Source: a virus
Taxonomy: Duplodnaviria > Caudoviricetes
Length of the DNA stretch: 64,000 bases
Virus record (IMG/VR): IMGVR_UViG_3300020471_000006
Span: 128,001-192,000 of that record
Strand: one strand, 5' to 3'
The translations under genes and the position numbers were made by a program. The notes under the pieces were generated by a model. The model was not told the DNA's origin. It did no database searches and was given only the letters and a program-made list of their open reading frames with translations. Shown here piece by piece: positions 27,001 to 35,404 of the stretch (positions are counted from its first letter, which is position 1; each line of letters begins with the position of its first letter).

Positions 27001-29128
27001 TTGTTTCTATACACACAGACCATTTGACGGTGGTGTGCAACTAGGAACAGGTTCACCATCACACGGTGCTCAGGCGATTCGTCAATCTAAGAAATATATC
27101 AGATACCAGTCAGGTAAAGGTATTCAGTATACTACTGGTGCTTTGTTCGCTCCTTCATATGACTTAAGATCAGTTAGTGCTGATGGTACTACTCTTGGTA
27201 GTGTTATAACTGTAGTTACTGATGACGTTGATCATGGTCTACAGGTTGGTGCTGAGATTGCTCTTAATGGTATAACAACTGCTGGATATAATGGTCATTA
27301 TATTGTTGCAAGTATCGTTAATGAAATTACATTGACTGTCTTAGCTACAGGAACACTTGCTGATACTAATGCTGAGTTTGGTCAACAACCAAGTATATCT
27401 CTGTATAAGTGGAAAGGTTCTACTGTAAGATCTGGTGCGTTCGATGATCAGAATGGTATCTTCTTCCAGTATGATGGAACAAACTTATCTGTTGGTCTAA
27501 GATCTTCTACATTCCAGATTGCTGGTACTGTAAGTGCTCAACCAGATAACAACCTTATATCAGGAACTAATACTAAGTTCACTGAACAGTTAACTACTGG
27601 TGATAGATTAGTTATTCGTGGAATGAGTCATGTTGTTACTTCTATTATAGACGATACAAATATGACAGTTAACCCTGACTACAGGGGTGCGGTTGGTGCA
27701 GTTAATACAAAGGCTGCATTGACTAAGGATATTATTATTCCACAAGCACAATGGAACATTGACAAATGTGATGGTACTGGTAAGTCAGGATACGAACTTC
27801 AGATCAATACCATGCAGATGATTGGATTCCAGTATACATGGTATGGTGCTGGATTTATTGACTGGATGTTCAGAGGTCCATCAGGTAACTTTGTGTTCGC
27901 ACACAGACTTAAGAACAACAACAGGAACAGAGAAGCATTCATGCGTTCAGGTAACTTACCTGTTAGGTATGAGGTTCTAAACGAAGGACCAAGAACTAAA
28001 TTGACAACCTCTGTTACTGATAGTTTTACTGATTATCTTCCAGTTGAAGATGTAACTCTATTCCCAGAAACAGGTGTTGTATATGTTGGTAACGAATTGA
28101 TTCGTTATTCTTCTAGGAATACAACACTTAACAGATTGGTTGGTCTTACAAGAACAGCAAACTTGAACAACTATACTGCTGGAGCAAACAGAACATACAC
28201 TGCTGGTGTAGCAGATTCTTATACTAAGAACGAGGGTGTTATCCTACTCACCACTACTGCAACACCACAGATTAACCACTGGGGTTCTGCATATCTAACA
28301 GATGGTGGCTTCGATGAAGATAGAGGATACCTCTTCAACTATCAGGAATCTGAGATTGAGATCTCAGTCACACCGTATACGGTCTTCCTAATCCGTCTAT
28401 CACCTAGTGTGTCTAACGCACTGACTGGTGACTTGGGTGAGAGAGAACTAATCAACAGAGCACAGTTGCTACTGAAGAGTGTAGAAATCACTACACAGGG
28501 TGGTAGTTCTTCTCAGGGAGTTATCGTTGAAGGAATTCTAAACCCGATTAACTATCCATCAAACCCTGTTGACATTACTTGGGGTGGTTTGAATACATCT
28601 GGTGAAGGTGGACAACCATCATTTGCTCAGATTGCATCTGGATCTAGTGCTAACTGGAGTGCTGGTGGTGCTAACATTACTGCTGTTAACCGAAATAGTA
28701 GGAACTACTGGGGTAGGTGGGTTCTTTTCAACAAGACTGACGTTCAGGGAGTTCAGGTAGGTATGCAGGCGACTGGTGGACAACTACCTGGTGGTTCTAG
28801 TGTATCAAGAATACAGAATGCTAATAGTACTCAAGTATGGATAATCTTCTCTCAGAGCACAATTCCAGGAAATGCAGGTAGTACAACATATACATTCATT
28901 GTTCCTCCATATGCTCAGCCAGGCGAACGAATCTTCTCCTTCGTGGCATCACCAGGACAAAGGGATGGTATTGACTTGACCGAACTTAAAGAGTTAACTA
29001 ATACTCCTATTGGTGGTCGAGGTACATTCCCTAATGGTCCTGACGTTCTAGCAATCAACGTTTATTGTACATCAGGTAACGCATTCAACAGCACGATCAA
29101 CCTCAGATGGGGTGAAGCACAAGCATAG
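24068..29128 (+). CDS. Large virion structural protein (1686 aa), immediately upstream of gp13
   Basis: Gly/Thr/Ser-rich with internal G.GY repeats; located in the structural operon. Confidence 0.75.
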   Translation: MAKRQIRDYVFSPGLSGAGTLKVLDKVSPDQILLITNVTANVVLYNFADNSQQIAAAFTETSDGSDPDFPFASTLSNGVTTITFLFDTSTYSNTDNLIIFIEGDEVKMRPYDFGTDAIERMRFAEPLSMLDADFEYGIQPTKWQTIDLVRGYPSSFEFPGADVAVSSITTDASTNSGGIGPSLITVDTELEHGFSVGDPVTLKGVNDGVEGFAKAEGSFIISDVPSTSQFTFYAKGKVGLSPATSLLSGFVQLRKAGFYTGASLGSPTLAVESNGASGQISTRGNTAAGENRIGINAPGSPPPIGAPLSAAGLQAGTQITGYVGSDTAINITTSFTAPVSTIVLNDTTGIDIGAALDNGSGTTIFVTNIETNTISLSAPYTADRTGNSFISTPTSPTTLNFGNGTGASFDIQRTSGAYTGVDIKQTVMYDNVPVDTYSGQGTNATFNVERDGTAGSASYANVFVSNSGSTYSATETIVILGTNLGGATPTNDLTITIDSVDVNGQIQSITPSGTAAEGTPYAGTGYAVGEQIVIYGNVLGGQSPAHDLNIFIKTVGAAGEILTFTPIGQGIFSTQEYNNVTGAAGSGVGINSSFRVTRTGSGSKIAQIDDVEVGGIIEFEDFFSIQITDTATSTVETFTYDAATNDGITEVRNGLINAINDLSTGSAFVRASAGSPSQTGLAKVQLTAIVAGQAYSVVATTTEGGGGTADDQTISHANFIPNENTTTTPTYSAVIINPGSSYQPNDTVIIDGGVLGGETATNDLTVTVTSVGASGEITAFSIGGTAADGNATFESLTANNIAFNATFLPKISGGNYAPEIANGGSGYQIGYQFLIGGQELGGDPTINDMTITVTDIDYLTGEITAITASGTPVSGESIAFYPSVSLSATTSGIINNGTNITYSAIARISATFANNHGLVPGNTILAAIDSTGNNHDLASGPFFIEEVPNLNKFVYTTRTTGTIDTNTALTGELYTRPDCFYTHRPFDGGVQLGTGSPSHGAQAIRQSKKYIRYQSGKGIQYTTGALFAPSYDLRSVSADGTTLGSVITVVTDDVDHGLQVGAEIALNGITTAGYNGHYIVASIVNEITLTVLATGTLADTNAEFGQQPSISLYKWKGSTVRSGAFDDQNGIFFQYDGTNLSVGLRSSTFQIAGTVSAQPDNNLISGTNTKFTEQLTTGDRLVIRGMSHVVTSIIDDTNMTVNPDYRGAVGAVNTKAALTKDIIIPQAQWNIDKCDGTGKSGYELQINTMQMIGFQYTWYGAGFIDWMFRGPSGNFVFAHRLKNNNRNREAFMRSGNLPVRYEVLNEGPRTKLTTSVTDSFTDYLPVEDVTLFPETGVVYVGNELIRYSSRNTTLNRLVGLTRTANLNNYTAGANRTYTAGVADSYTKNEGVILLTTTATPQINHWGSAYLTDGGFDEDRGYLFNYQESEIEISVTPYTVFLIRLSPSVSNALTGDLGERELINRAQLLLKSVEITTQGGSSSQGVIVEGILNPINYPSNPVDITWGGLNTSGEGGQPSFAQIASGSSANWSAGGANITAVNRNSRNYWGRWVLFNKTDVQGVQVGMQATGGQLPGGSSVSRIQNANSTQVWIIFSQSTIPGNAGSTTYTFIVPPYAQPGERIFSFVASPGQRDGIDLTELKELTNTPIGGRGTFPNGPDVLAINVYCTSGNAFNSTINLRWGEAQA
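25463..26680 (+). repeat. Four ~50-aa G(S/T)xY...LGG..P..DL.I......GEI repeats
   Basis: SGSTYSATE...LGGATPTNDLTI; GTGYAVGE...LGGQSPAHDLNI; PGSSYQPND...LGGETATNDLTV; GGSGYQIGY...LGGDPTINDMTI. Confidence 0.8.
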
Positions 29129-29136
29129 GAGGTCAT

Positions 29137-29946
29137 ATGGCACAACCAGCTAGTAGAACACAATTAGCAGATTACTGCAAAAGACAATTAGGTGCTCCTG
29201 TACTTGAAATCAATGTTGATGATGATCAAGTAAGTGATGCTATCGATGACGCTCTCCAATATTACAGGGAGCGTCATTATGATGGTATGGAGTTGATGTA
29301 CCTAAAACATAAGATCACCGCAGCAGACAAAGCTAGATTTGATCTTAAATCTGAGACTATCATGACAGATGCTGATAGTACTAAGTGGGAACGATCAGAT
29401 AATTATATCAATATCCCTGAGCATGTAATGGGGATATCTAAAGTATTTGGATTAGCAAGTAATGCTATCCGTAACAACCTATTTGGTATCGAGTATCAGA
29501 TCTTCTTGAATGACCTGTATGCTTTTGGTTCTCTTGATATGCTTAACTACTTTATGGTTAAGCAGTGGTTAGAAACTATTGACATGGTTTTAAACAATGG
29601 AGCATTTGTTGAGTATAGGTTTAACCAGAGACAAGATAGATTGTATCTTGACATTGATGAATCAATGCTGACAGAAGAATTGTATCTTGTCATACAATGC
29701 TATAGAGCATTAGAACCAGATACTTTCACACAAGTTTATAATGATCCTTTCGTAAAACAATATTCTACTGCTAAGATAAAGAGGCAGTGGGGTCAGAATC
29801 TAATCAAGTTTCAAGGTGTTAACCTACCAGGTGGTGTTCAACTTAATGGTAGAGAATTGTTCAATGATGCTAACGATGAAATTGCAAGACTAATGGAAAT
29901 GTCTTCAAGCACCTATGAACTACCACCTATGGACATGATAGGATGA
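29137..29946 (+). CDS. gp13: Neck protein gp13
   Basis: YCKRQLGAPVLEINV.DDQ..D.IDDALQYY.ERHYDG; KRQWGQNLIKF.GV.LPGGV.LNG. Confidence 0.93.
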   Translation: MAQPASRTQLADYCKRQLGAPVLEINVDDDQVSDAIDDALQYYRERHYDGMELMYLKHKITAADKARFDLKSETIMTDADSTKWERSDNYINIPEHVMGISKVFGLASNAIRNNLFGIEYQIFLNDLYAFGSLDMLNYFMVKQWLETIDMVLNNGAFVEYRFNQRQDRLYLDIDESMLTEELYLVIQCYRALEPDTFTQVYNDPFVKQYSTAKIKRQWGQNLIKFQGVNLPGGVQLNGRELFNDANDEIARLMEMSSSTYELPPMDMIG

Positions 29947-30824
29947 AGAGTATATATTTTCCTCAGCATGGTGGTGTTGGTAGTGAGCAGTCACTTATAC
30001 AATCACTTGTTGATGAACAAATAAAACTATTTGGAACTGACTGCTATTATCTTCCACGTAAGATGATCAAGGACACAACCCTTGATGATGTTTTGTATTC
30101 TGAGTTCAAGACTCAGTATATGATTGAGATGTTCCTCATTAATGTAGAGGGATTTGGATCACCATCAGAATTCATTAGTAAGTTTGGTCTCACAATCACA
30201 GACGAGATTAGTTTTGTTGTATCAAAGAATAGATGGAGTCAGGTATTCCAAGAGTTTGCAGATATTACAACTGTAGATGGTAGACCTAATGAAGGAGATT
30301 TGATCTACTATCCATTAACAAAAGCATTATATGAAATTAAGTATGTAGAAAGAGAAGCTCCTTTCTATCAGTTAGGTCAGACATACCTATATCAGATGAC
30401 TGCTGAAATCTATCAGATCGGTGATGATAAGTTTGATACTGGTATTCCAGATGTAGATGTAGTAGAAGAAATATATTCTACTTCTATCTCTATACAAATG
30501 GATACTGGTGGCACAGGAGAATACTCATTAAGTGAAACTGTAACTGGTTCTACATCTGGTGTTACAGGTGAGGTGGCATACTGGGATCGTTCAACCGATA
30601 TACTAACCATCATAAATAGAACAGGAAACTTCCTAACTGGTGAGACTCTTACTGGAGGTACTAGTACCACAGCAAGAGAAATCACTACCATTGACAATTT
30701 GACAATGGGTGATAGGGCAGCAGCAGATAATAGAGAAATCGAAGATGCTGCTGATGATTTAATTGATTGGGGTGAGGTAAACCCATTCGGAGAATTTGGT
30801 AATTTTACAACAGGTGACTTTTAA
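29943..30824 (+). CDS. gp14: Neck protein gp14
   Basis: EQIKLFG.D.YYLPR, RPNEGDLIY.P, EIKYVE.E.PFYQLG, NPFGE. Confidence 0.92.
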   Translation: MKSIYFPQHGGVGSEQSLIQSLVDEQIKLFGTDCYYLPRKMIKDTTLDDVLYSEFKTQYMIEMFLINVEGFGSPSEFISKFGLTITDEISFVVSKNRWSQVFQEFADITTVDGRPNEGDLIYYPLTKALYEIKYVEREAPFYQLGQTYLYQMTAEIYQIGDDKFDTGIPDVDVVEEIYSTSISIQMDTGGTGEYSLSETVTGSTSGVTGEVAYWDRSTDILTIINRTGNFLTGETLTGGTSTTAREITTIDNLTMGDRAAADNREIEDAADDLIDWGEVNPFGEFGNFTTGDF

Positions 30825-31639
30825 TGTTAGGACCACATTTTTATAATGAAGCAATACGGAAAACGGTTATTGGTTTCGGTACGCTTTTTAATAACATAGA
30901 AATCAGAAAGAAGGATAATGCTGGAACTGTCATAGAGTCAGAGAAAGTTCCTTTAGCATACGGTCCTAAAAATAAATTCCTTTACAGGTTAGAACAAAGT
31001 CCAGACGTAACAAAGAAGGTCGCAATTAAACTTCCACGTTTGTATTTTGAATTAACTAATGTAACATATGATAGTACTAGAAAGACTAGTGCAATCAAAA
31101 AGATTAAAGCTGCTATACCTGCTGCTGGTAGTGCAGATAATGCAAAGCAGATACAAACACAATTTGTTCCAGTACCTTATGATATGTCATTTGAACTTGG
31201 TATCATTGCCAAGTCATCTGATGATGCTTTACAAATATTAGAACAGATTCTCCCTTACTTCCAACCATCATTTAACATAAGTCTTAAGTTCATTCCTGAT
31301 ATGAATGAAACAAGAGACGTTGCATGTATTTTGAATGGTGTTGATTATGCAGATGATTGGGATGACAGCTTCCTAGAGAGAAGGAGTATAGTTTGGACTC
31401 TACAGTTTACTGTTAAGTCTTACATCTACGGTCCTTACAGCAAGGCAGATGTCATTCGTAAGGCACGTGTCATTGAAACTGTTGGTGACAAGAACGTCAG
31501 TAAGAGGAATGTTGAGAGATCTTACTCACCTAAGGCTCTAGAAGATAAGAATGCAGATGGAGTTATTGATACAGCAGATGATAATCTGGTAGTTTCCACA
31601 GACGACTTTGGATTCAATGAAGGATTTGAAATACTATGA
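30824..31639 (+). CDS. gp15: Tail sheath stabilizer/terminator gp15
   Basis: FYNEAIRKTVIGFGTLFNNI, VPLAYGPK.KF, PVPY...FEL, EQILPYFQP. Confidence 0.93.
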   Translation: MLGPHFYNEAIRKTVIGFGTLFNNIEIRKKDNAGTVIESEKVPLAYGPKNKFLYRLEQSPDVTKKVAIKLPRLYFELTNVTYDSTRKTSAIKKIKAAIPAAGSADNAKQIQTQFVPVPYDMSFELGIIAKSSDDALQILEQILPYFQPSFNISLKFIPDMNETRDVACILNGVDYADDWDDSFLERRSIVWTLQFTVKSYIYGPYSKADVIRKARVIETVGDKNVSKRNVERSYSPKALEDKNADGVIDTADDNLVVSTDDFGFNEGFEIL

Positions 31640-32049
31640 GTAAGTTAGATAAAAATATGGAGGAGATGTTAGACATTGATGTCTCTACTACACCCGAAGG
31701 AGGTTGCACTACTAGAAAGGCAAACCTTAAAGATGTCACAGAAGATAGAGAGAAAGACTATGAGTATACTAGAGGTGAACTCTACAGTCTTATTTCTAAG
31801 GGTCAGGAGGCAGTACAAGGTGCTTTAGAGGTTGCACAGGAGTCAGGGCATCCAAGAGCATTTGAAGTTGCTACAAACGCTATGAAGCAGGTAGCAGACA
31901 TGACTGATAAACTTATGGATCTACAGAAGAAAGTTCATGACTTAGATACAGAGAAGAAAGGTCCGAAGACTGTTACAAACAATGCTATGTTTGTAGGTAG
32001 TACAGCAGAATTACAGAAAATGCTAAAACAAATGGGGAAATCAAAATAG
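31636..32049 (+). CDS. gp16: Terminase small subunit gp16
   Basis: DYEYTRG.LY.LI.KGQEA, HPRAFEV, TNNAMFVGSTAELQK. Confidence 0.92.
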   Translation: MSKLDKNMEEMLDIDVSTTPEGGCTTRKANLKDVTEDREKDYEYTRGELYSLISKGQEAVQGALEVAQESGHPRAFEVATNAMKQVADMTDKLMDLQKKVHDLDTEKKGPKTVTNNAMFVGSTAELQKMLKQMGKSK

Positions 32050-32062
32050 TATTTGTGCTCTA

Positions 32063-32090
32063 TTGAACATTTTTTAAATTATGATATAAT
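32063..32090 (+). promoter_or_regulatory. Sigma70-like promoter
   Basis: TTGAAC-16 nt-TATAAT, 5 nt before ATG 32096. Confidence 0.55.
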
Positions 32091-32095
32091 TAAAT

Positions 32096-32278
32096 ATGGA
32101 TGACTTGAAAAACATGAGACTTAACGAAGCAGATATACATCGTCTTACTACCGCATGTAAACTGTATCAGGAACAAACTGGTTCAGAATATATGTGGGAT
32201 GAGTATCAACATTTGATTGATAAACTTGGTACGATGCGTGAACAGGGATGCTGTTCGTTTTCAAAAAGTATCACATGA
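32096..32278 (+). CDS. Small hypothetical protein
   Basis: 60 aa; ATGA-coupled to the next gene. Confidence 0.7.
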   Translation: MDDLKNMRLNEADIHRLTTACKLYQEQTGSEYMWDEYQHLIDKLGTMREQGCCSFSKSIT

Positions 32279-32592
32279 CTGAAGATAAAATTAAATCTAT
32301 ATGTTATACGAAGGAAGAAGTTGATGAAATGATTGCTGCTGCTGTTGCAGAAGCACGTGCTATCGATGAAGAATCCATGCGTAAACATAATCGTGACGCT
32401 ACTATTATTTCAATGATTCTAGGTTTCACTTGTCTAGCATTATTTGTAGATGGATTACTTCGCATACTTGGTATCATTCCACCATTCGCAGGTCTTGACG
32501 TTAATATCTTGGATGATATTGCAGAGAAGACTAAGGTTATTGTAGAAAATGATCTAGTTAAAAATGGTATAAGTAAAATACAACGATGGTAA
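32275..32592 (+). CDS. Hypothetical membrane protein
   Basis: ATGA-coupled start; hydrophobic segment IISMILGFTCLALFVDGLLRILGII. Confidence 0.75.
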   Translation: MTEDKIKSICYTKEEVDEMIAAAVAEARAIDEESMRKHNRDATIISMILGFTCLALFVDGLLRILGIIPPFAGLDVNILDDIAEKTKVIVENDLVKNGISKIQRW

Positions 32593-32597
32593 ATTAA

Positions 32598-32897
32598 ATG
32601 CTTTCAACACAATATCGATTACGCTTAGAAGCGATATGTAAAGATATCGCTTCTGGCACAGAGGTTGGTTTAGAAGATATGATCTGGGCTGATAAACTAG
32701 CAAAGGCAAACACATCTGCTAGAGGTATGTTGAGTAAGGCAAGAAGGTTATCTGTAGATCCAACAGATTCTTTTCTGAATGAGTTGAACATAGGAGACCC
32801 CGATTCAACTCATCACAAAAGGGGTTTTGGTTCTCCAGATGAAATTGTGGAATGGTTCCATCAAGAAAAATCTGATGACTGGAGACAAAGAGATTGA
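32598..32897 (+). CDS. Hypothetical protein
   Basis: 99 aa, operon-consistent spacing. Confidence 0.75.
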   Translation: MLSTQYRLRLEAICKDIASGTEVGLEDMIWADKLAKANTSARGMLSKARRLSVDPTDSFLNELNIGDPDSTHHKRGFGSPDEIVEWFHQEKSDDWRQRD

Positions 32898-33055
32898 ATG
32901 ATGTAGTTTGGTCTATAAATATAATGATAGCAATACTGTTAGTCGCAGTAGGCATTTTAATATATTGGATTTTTAAATACGATGACTGGAATGACACCAC
33001 CGTCGAGGAAGAGTTGTTACAACTTCCGAGTGACGAAGATAAACAAAGTCCTTGA
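32894..33055 (+). CDS. Small single-pass membrane protein (not in ORF track)
   Basis: TTGA-coupled start; MNDVVWSINIMIAILLVAVGILIYWIFKYDDW... 53 aa; overlaps the nuclease gene. Confidence 0.55.
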   Translation: MNDVVWSINIMIAILLVAVGILIYWIFKYDDWNDTTVEEELLQLPSDEDKQSP

Positions 33056-33443
33056 TGGTGATACTATTGATGTAACCATTGATCTTGGATTTGATCTGTA
33101 TAAAAAAGAACGTGTTAGAATAGCTGGTGTAGATACACCTGAGAAGAGAACTCGTGATAAGGAGGAGAAAGCACTTGGAATCGACGCAACCAACTGGCTC
33201 AAAGAGAAACTCACAAATACTATTAACGGTAATGATGAGCTTACTATTAGGACTGAACTTGTTGGTGGGGTCGGTAAATACGGTCGTCTTCTTGGGTGGC
33301 TTTATATCGGGGATTCAAATATGTCCCTTAATGAGAAAATGATTCAAGAAGGGTATGCTTGGGCATATGATGGTGGTACTAAACAAAAGAATTTTGAAGA
33401 CTTACGTGTAATCCGTAGACAACTTGGTACATTGAATGGCTAG
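32982..33443 (+). CDS. Staphylococcal-nuclease (SNase)-like endonuclease
   Basis: KVLDGDTIDV, RVRIAGVDTPE, KYGRLLG, MIQEGYA motifs. Confidence 0.85.
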   Translation: MTGMTPPSRKSCYNFRVTKINKVLDGDTIDVTIDLGFDLYKKERVRIAGVDTPEKRTRDKEEKALGIDATNWLKEKLTNTINGNDELTIRTELVGGVGKYGRLLGWLYIGDSNMSLNEKMIQEGYAWAYDGGTKQKNFEDLRVIRRQLGTLNG

Positions 33444-35091
33444 TAAGACTGAGATATATCTTGGTAACCCCAACCTGAAGAAGGCTGGCACTGAGATACA
33501 ATTTACTAAAGAGCAAGTAGAAGAGTGGATTAAATGCAAACAAGATCCACTCTATTTTGCTATGAAGTATATGCAGATTATCAACTTGGATGAAGGTCTA
33601 GTACCTTTTGAGATGTATGATTTTCAGCAGAAGATCTTAATGGATTTCCATGAAAATAGATTTAACATTGCTAAACTTCCTAGACAGACTGGTAAGAGCA
33701 CCACTGTGGTGGCGTATCTTTTACATTATTGTATCTTCAATGATAGCGTTAATATTGGGATACTCGCTAACAAGGCTAGTACTGCTAGAGAACTCTTAGG
33801 TAGACTACAACTAGCATATGAAAACTTACCCAAGTGGATTCAGCATGGAATACTTGTGTGGAATAAAGGTAGTGTGGAGTTAGAGAATGGATCTAAAATA
33901 TTGGCTGCGTCTACTTCTGCTAGTGCTGTTAGGGGTATGTCTTTCAATATCCTATTCTTGGATGAGTTTGCTTTTGTACCCAACCATGTTGCAGAACAGT
34001 TTTTTGCTTCTGTGTATCCTACTATTACTTCTGGTAAGTCAACGAAAGTCATAATCATCTCTACCCCTAATGGTATGAACCACTTCTATAAGATGTGGGA
34101 GGATGCTAGGAATGGTAAGAATGGATATGTTACAAATGAAGTACATTGGTCTCAAGTTCCAGGCAGAGATGCTAAATGGAAAGAGGAGACTATGAAGAAC
34201 ACGTCCAAGAGACAGTTCGCTCAAGAATTTGAATGCGACTTTCTTGGATCTGCTGATACTCTTATATCGCCAGCTAAATTACAGGCGATACCATTCACCG
34301 AACCTATAGTTAGTAATGCTGGACTTGATATTTACGAAAGATCACAAGAAGGTCATGAATATATTATTACTGTCGATGTTGCCAGAGGAATTGGTGGCGA
34401 CTATTCTGCTTTCATCGTGTTTGACATCACCACTCTGCCGTATAAGGTTGTTGCAAAATTCAGAGATAATGAGATTAAGCCTGTCATGTTTCCGTCGAGA
34501 ATATTTCAGGTAGCAAAGAATTATAATTTTCCATATATCTTAGTAGAGGTCAATGACATTGGTGATAGTATAGGAGCAATGTTAAACTTTGACCTTGAGT
34601 ATCCTAATGTACTCATGTGTGCTATGAGAGGTAGAGCTGGTCAGATAGTAGGTCAGGGATTCTCTGGTACTAAGACTCAACTTGGTGTCAAGATGAGTAT
34701 CACAGTTAAGAAGCAGGGATGTGCAAACCTCAAAGCAATTCTAGAAGAAGACAAATTAACATTCCAAGATTTTCATATACTACAAGAGCTTACGACTTTC
34801 ATTCAGAAGAAGCAAGCATGGGAAGCAGATGAAGGATACCATGATGACTTGGTGATGTGTCTGGTTCTATTCTCTTGGTTAGTCATGCAAGACTACTTCA
34901 AAGAAATGACAGATCAAGATGTCAGACGAAGGATATATGAAGAGCAGAGGAATCAGATTGAACAGGACATGGCTCCATTTGGATTTATTGATGATGGATT
35001 AGGTGACGATACCTTTATAGATGGTGATGGTGAAATGTGGGCTTATGGTGATACGGAAGAATCTGTAACTTATATGCTTCCTGATTTGTGA
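33436..35091 (+). CDS. gp17: Terminase large subunit gp17
   Basis: PRQTGKST Walker A, ILFLDEFAF Walker B, ISTPNG, TVDVARG, HDDLVM. Confidence 0.97.
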   Translation: MASKTEIYLGNPNLKKAGTEIQFTKEQVEEWIKCKQDPLYFAMKYMQIINLDEGLVPFEMYDFQQKILMDFHENRFNIAKLPRQTGKSTTVVAYLLHYCIFNDSVNIGILANKASTARELLGRLQLAYENLPKWIQHGILVWNKGSVELENGSKILAASTSASAVRGMSFNILFLDEFAFVPNHVAEQFFASVYPTITSGKSTKVIIISTPNGMNHFYKMWEDARNGKNGYVTNEVHWSQVPGRDAKWKEETMKNTSKRQFAQEFECDFLGSADTLISPAKLQAIPFTEPIVSNAGLDIYERSQEGHEYIITVDVARGIGGDYSAFIVFDITTLPYKVVAKFRDNEIKPVMFPSRIFQVAKNYNFPYILVEVNDIGDSIGAMLNFDLEYPNVLMCAMRGRAGQIVGQGFSGTKTQLGVKMSITVKKQGCANLKAILEEDKLTFQDFHILQELTTFIQKKQAWEADEGYHDDLVMCLVLFSWLVMQDYFKEMTDQDVRRRIYEEQRNQIEQDMAPFGFIDDGLGDDTFIDGDGEMWAYGDTEESVTYMLPDL

Positions 35092-35318
35092 TGGATCTTG
35101 ATGAACAGTTCGGTTTAGAACACCTACTATTCAGAGAAAGAACATGTCGAGTCTGTGGTAGAGACAAAGACTTGATAGCAGATTTCTATTTGATAAGAAA
35201 AAATAAGAGAGGCAACCCATCTGGATATTCGTATGAATGTAAGTTGTGTACTGTAGAGAGGGTGGTGAGGAACAGAAAGAAAAAACGCACTGTAGAGGAG
35301 AACTATCCAGACTGGTAG
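35088..35318 (+). CDS. Small zinc-finger-like protein
   Basis: CRVC...CKLC pairs, basic tail; ATGA-coupled to gp17. Confidence 0.7.
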   Translation: MMDLDEQFGLEHLLFRERTCRVCGRDKDLIADFYLIRKNKRGNPSGYSYECKLCTVERVVRNRKKKRTVEENYPDW

Positions 35319-35359
35319 AGTGTTCATGCATTGTTTCCCCACTCAAAATACTCCTAGAG

Positions 35360-35366
35360 ATAAATA
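35360..35366 (+). promoter_or_regulatory. Late promoter core ATAAATA
   Basis: Intergenic, before gp18. Confidence 0.7.
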
Positions 35367-35404
35367 ATTTCAGGTAATTTGAATCATCTATAGGGGTTAA
35401 AAAC

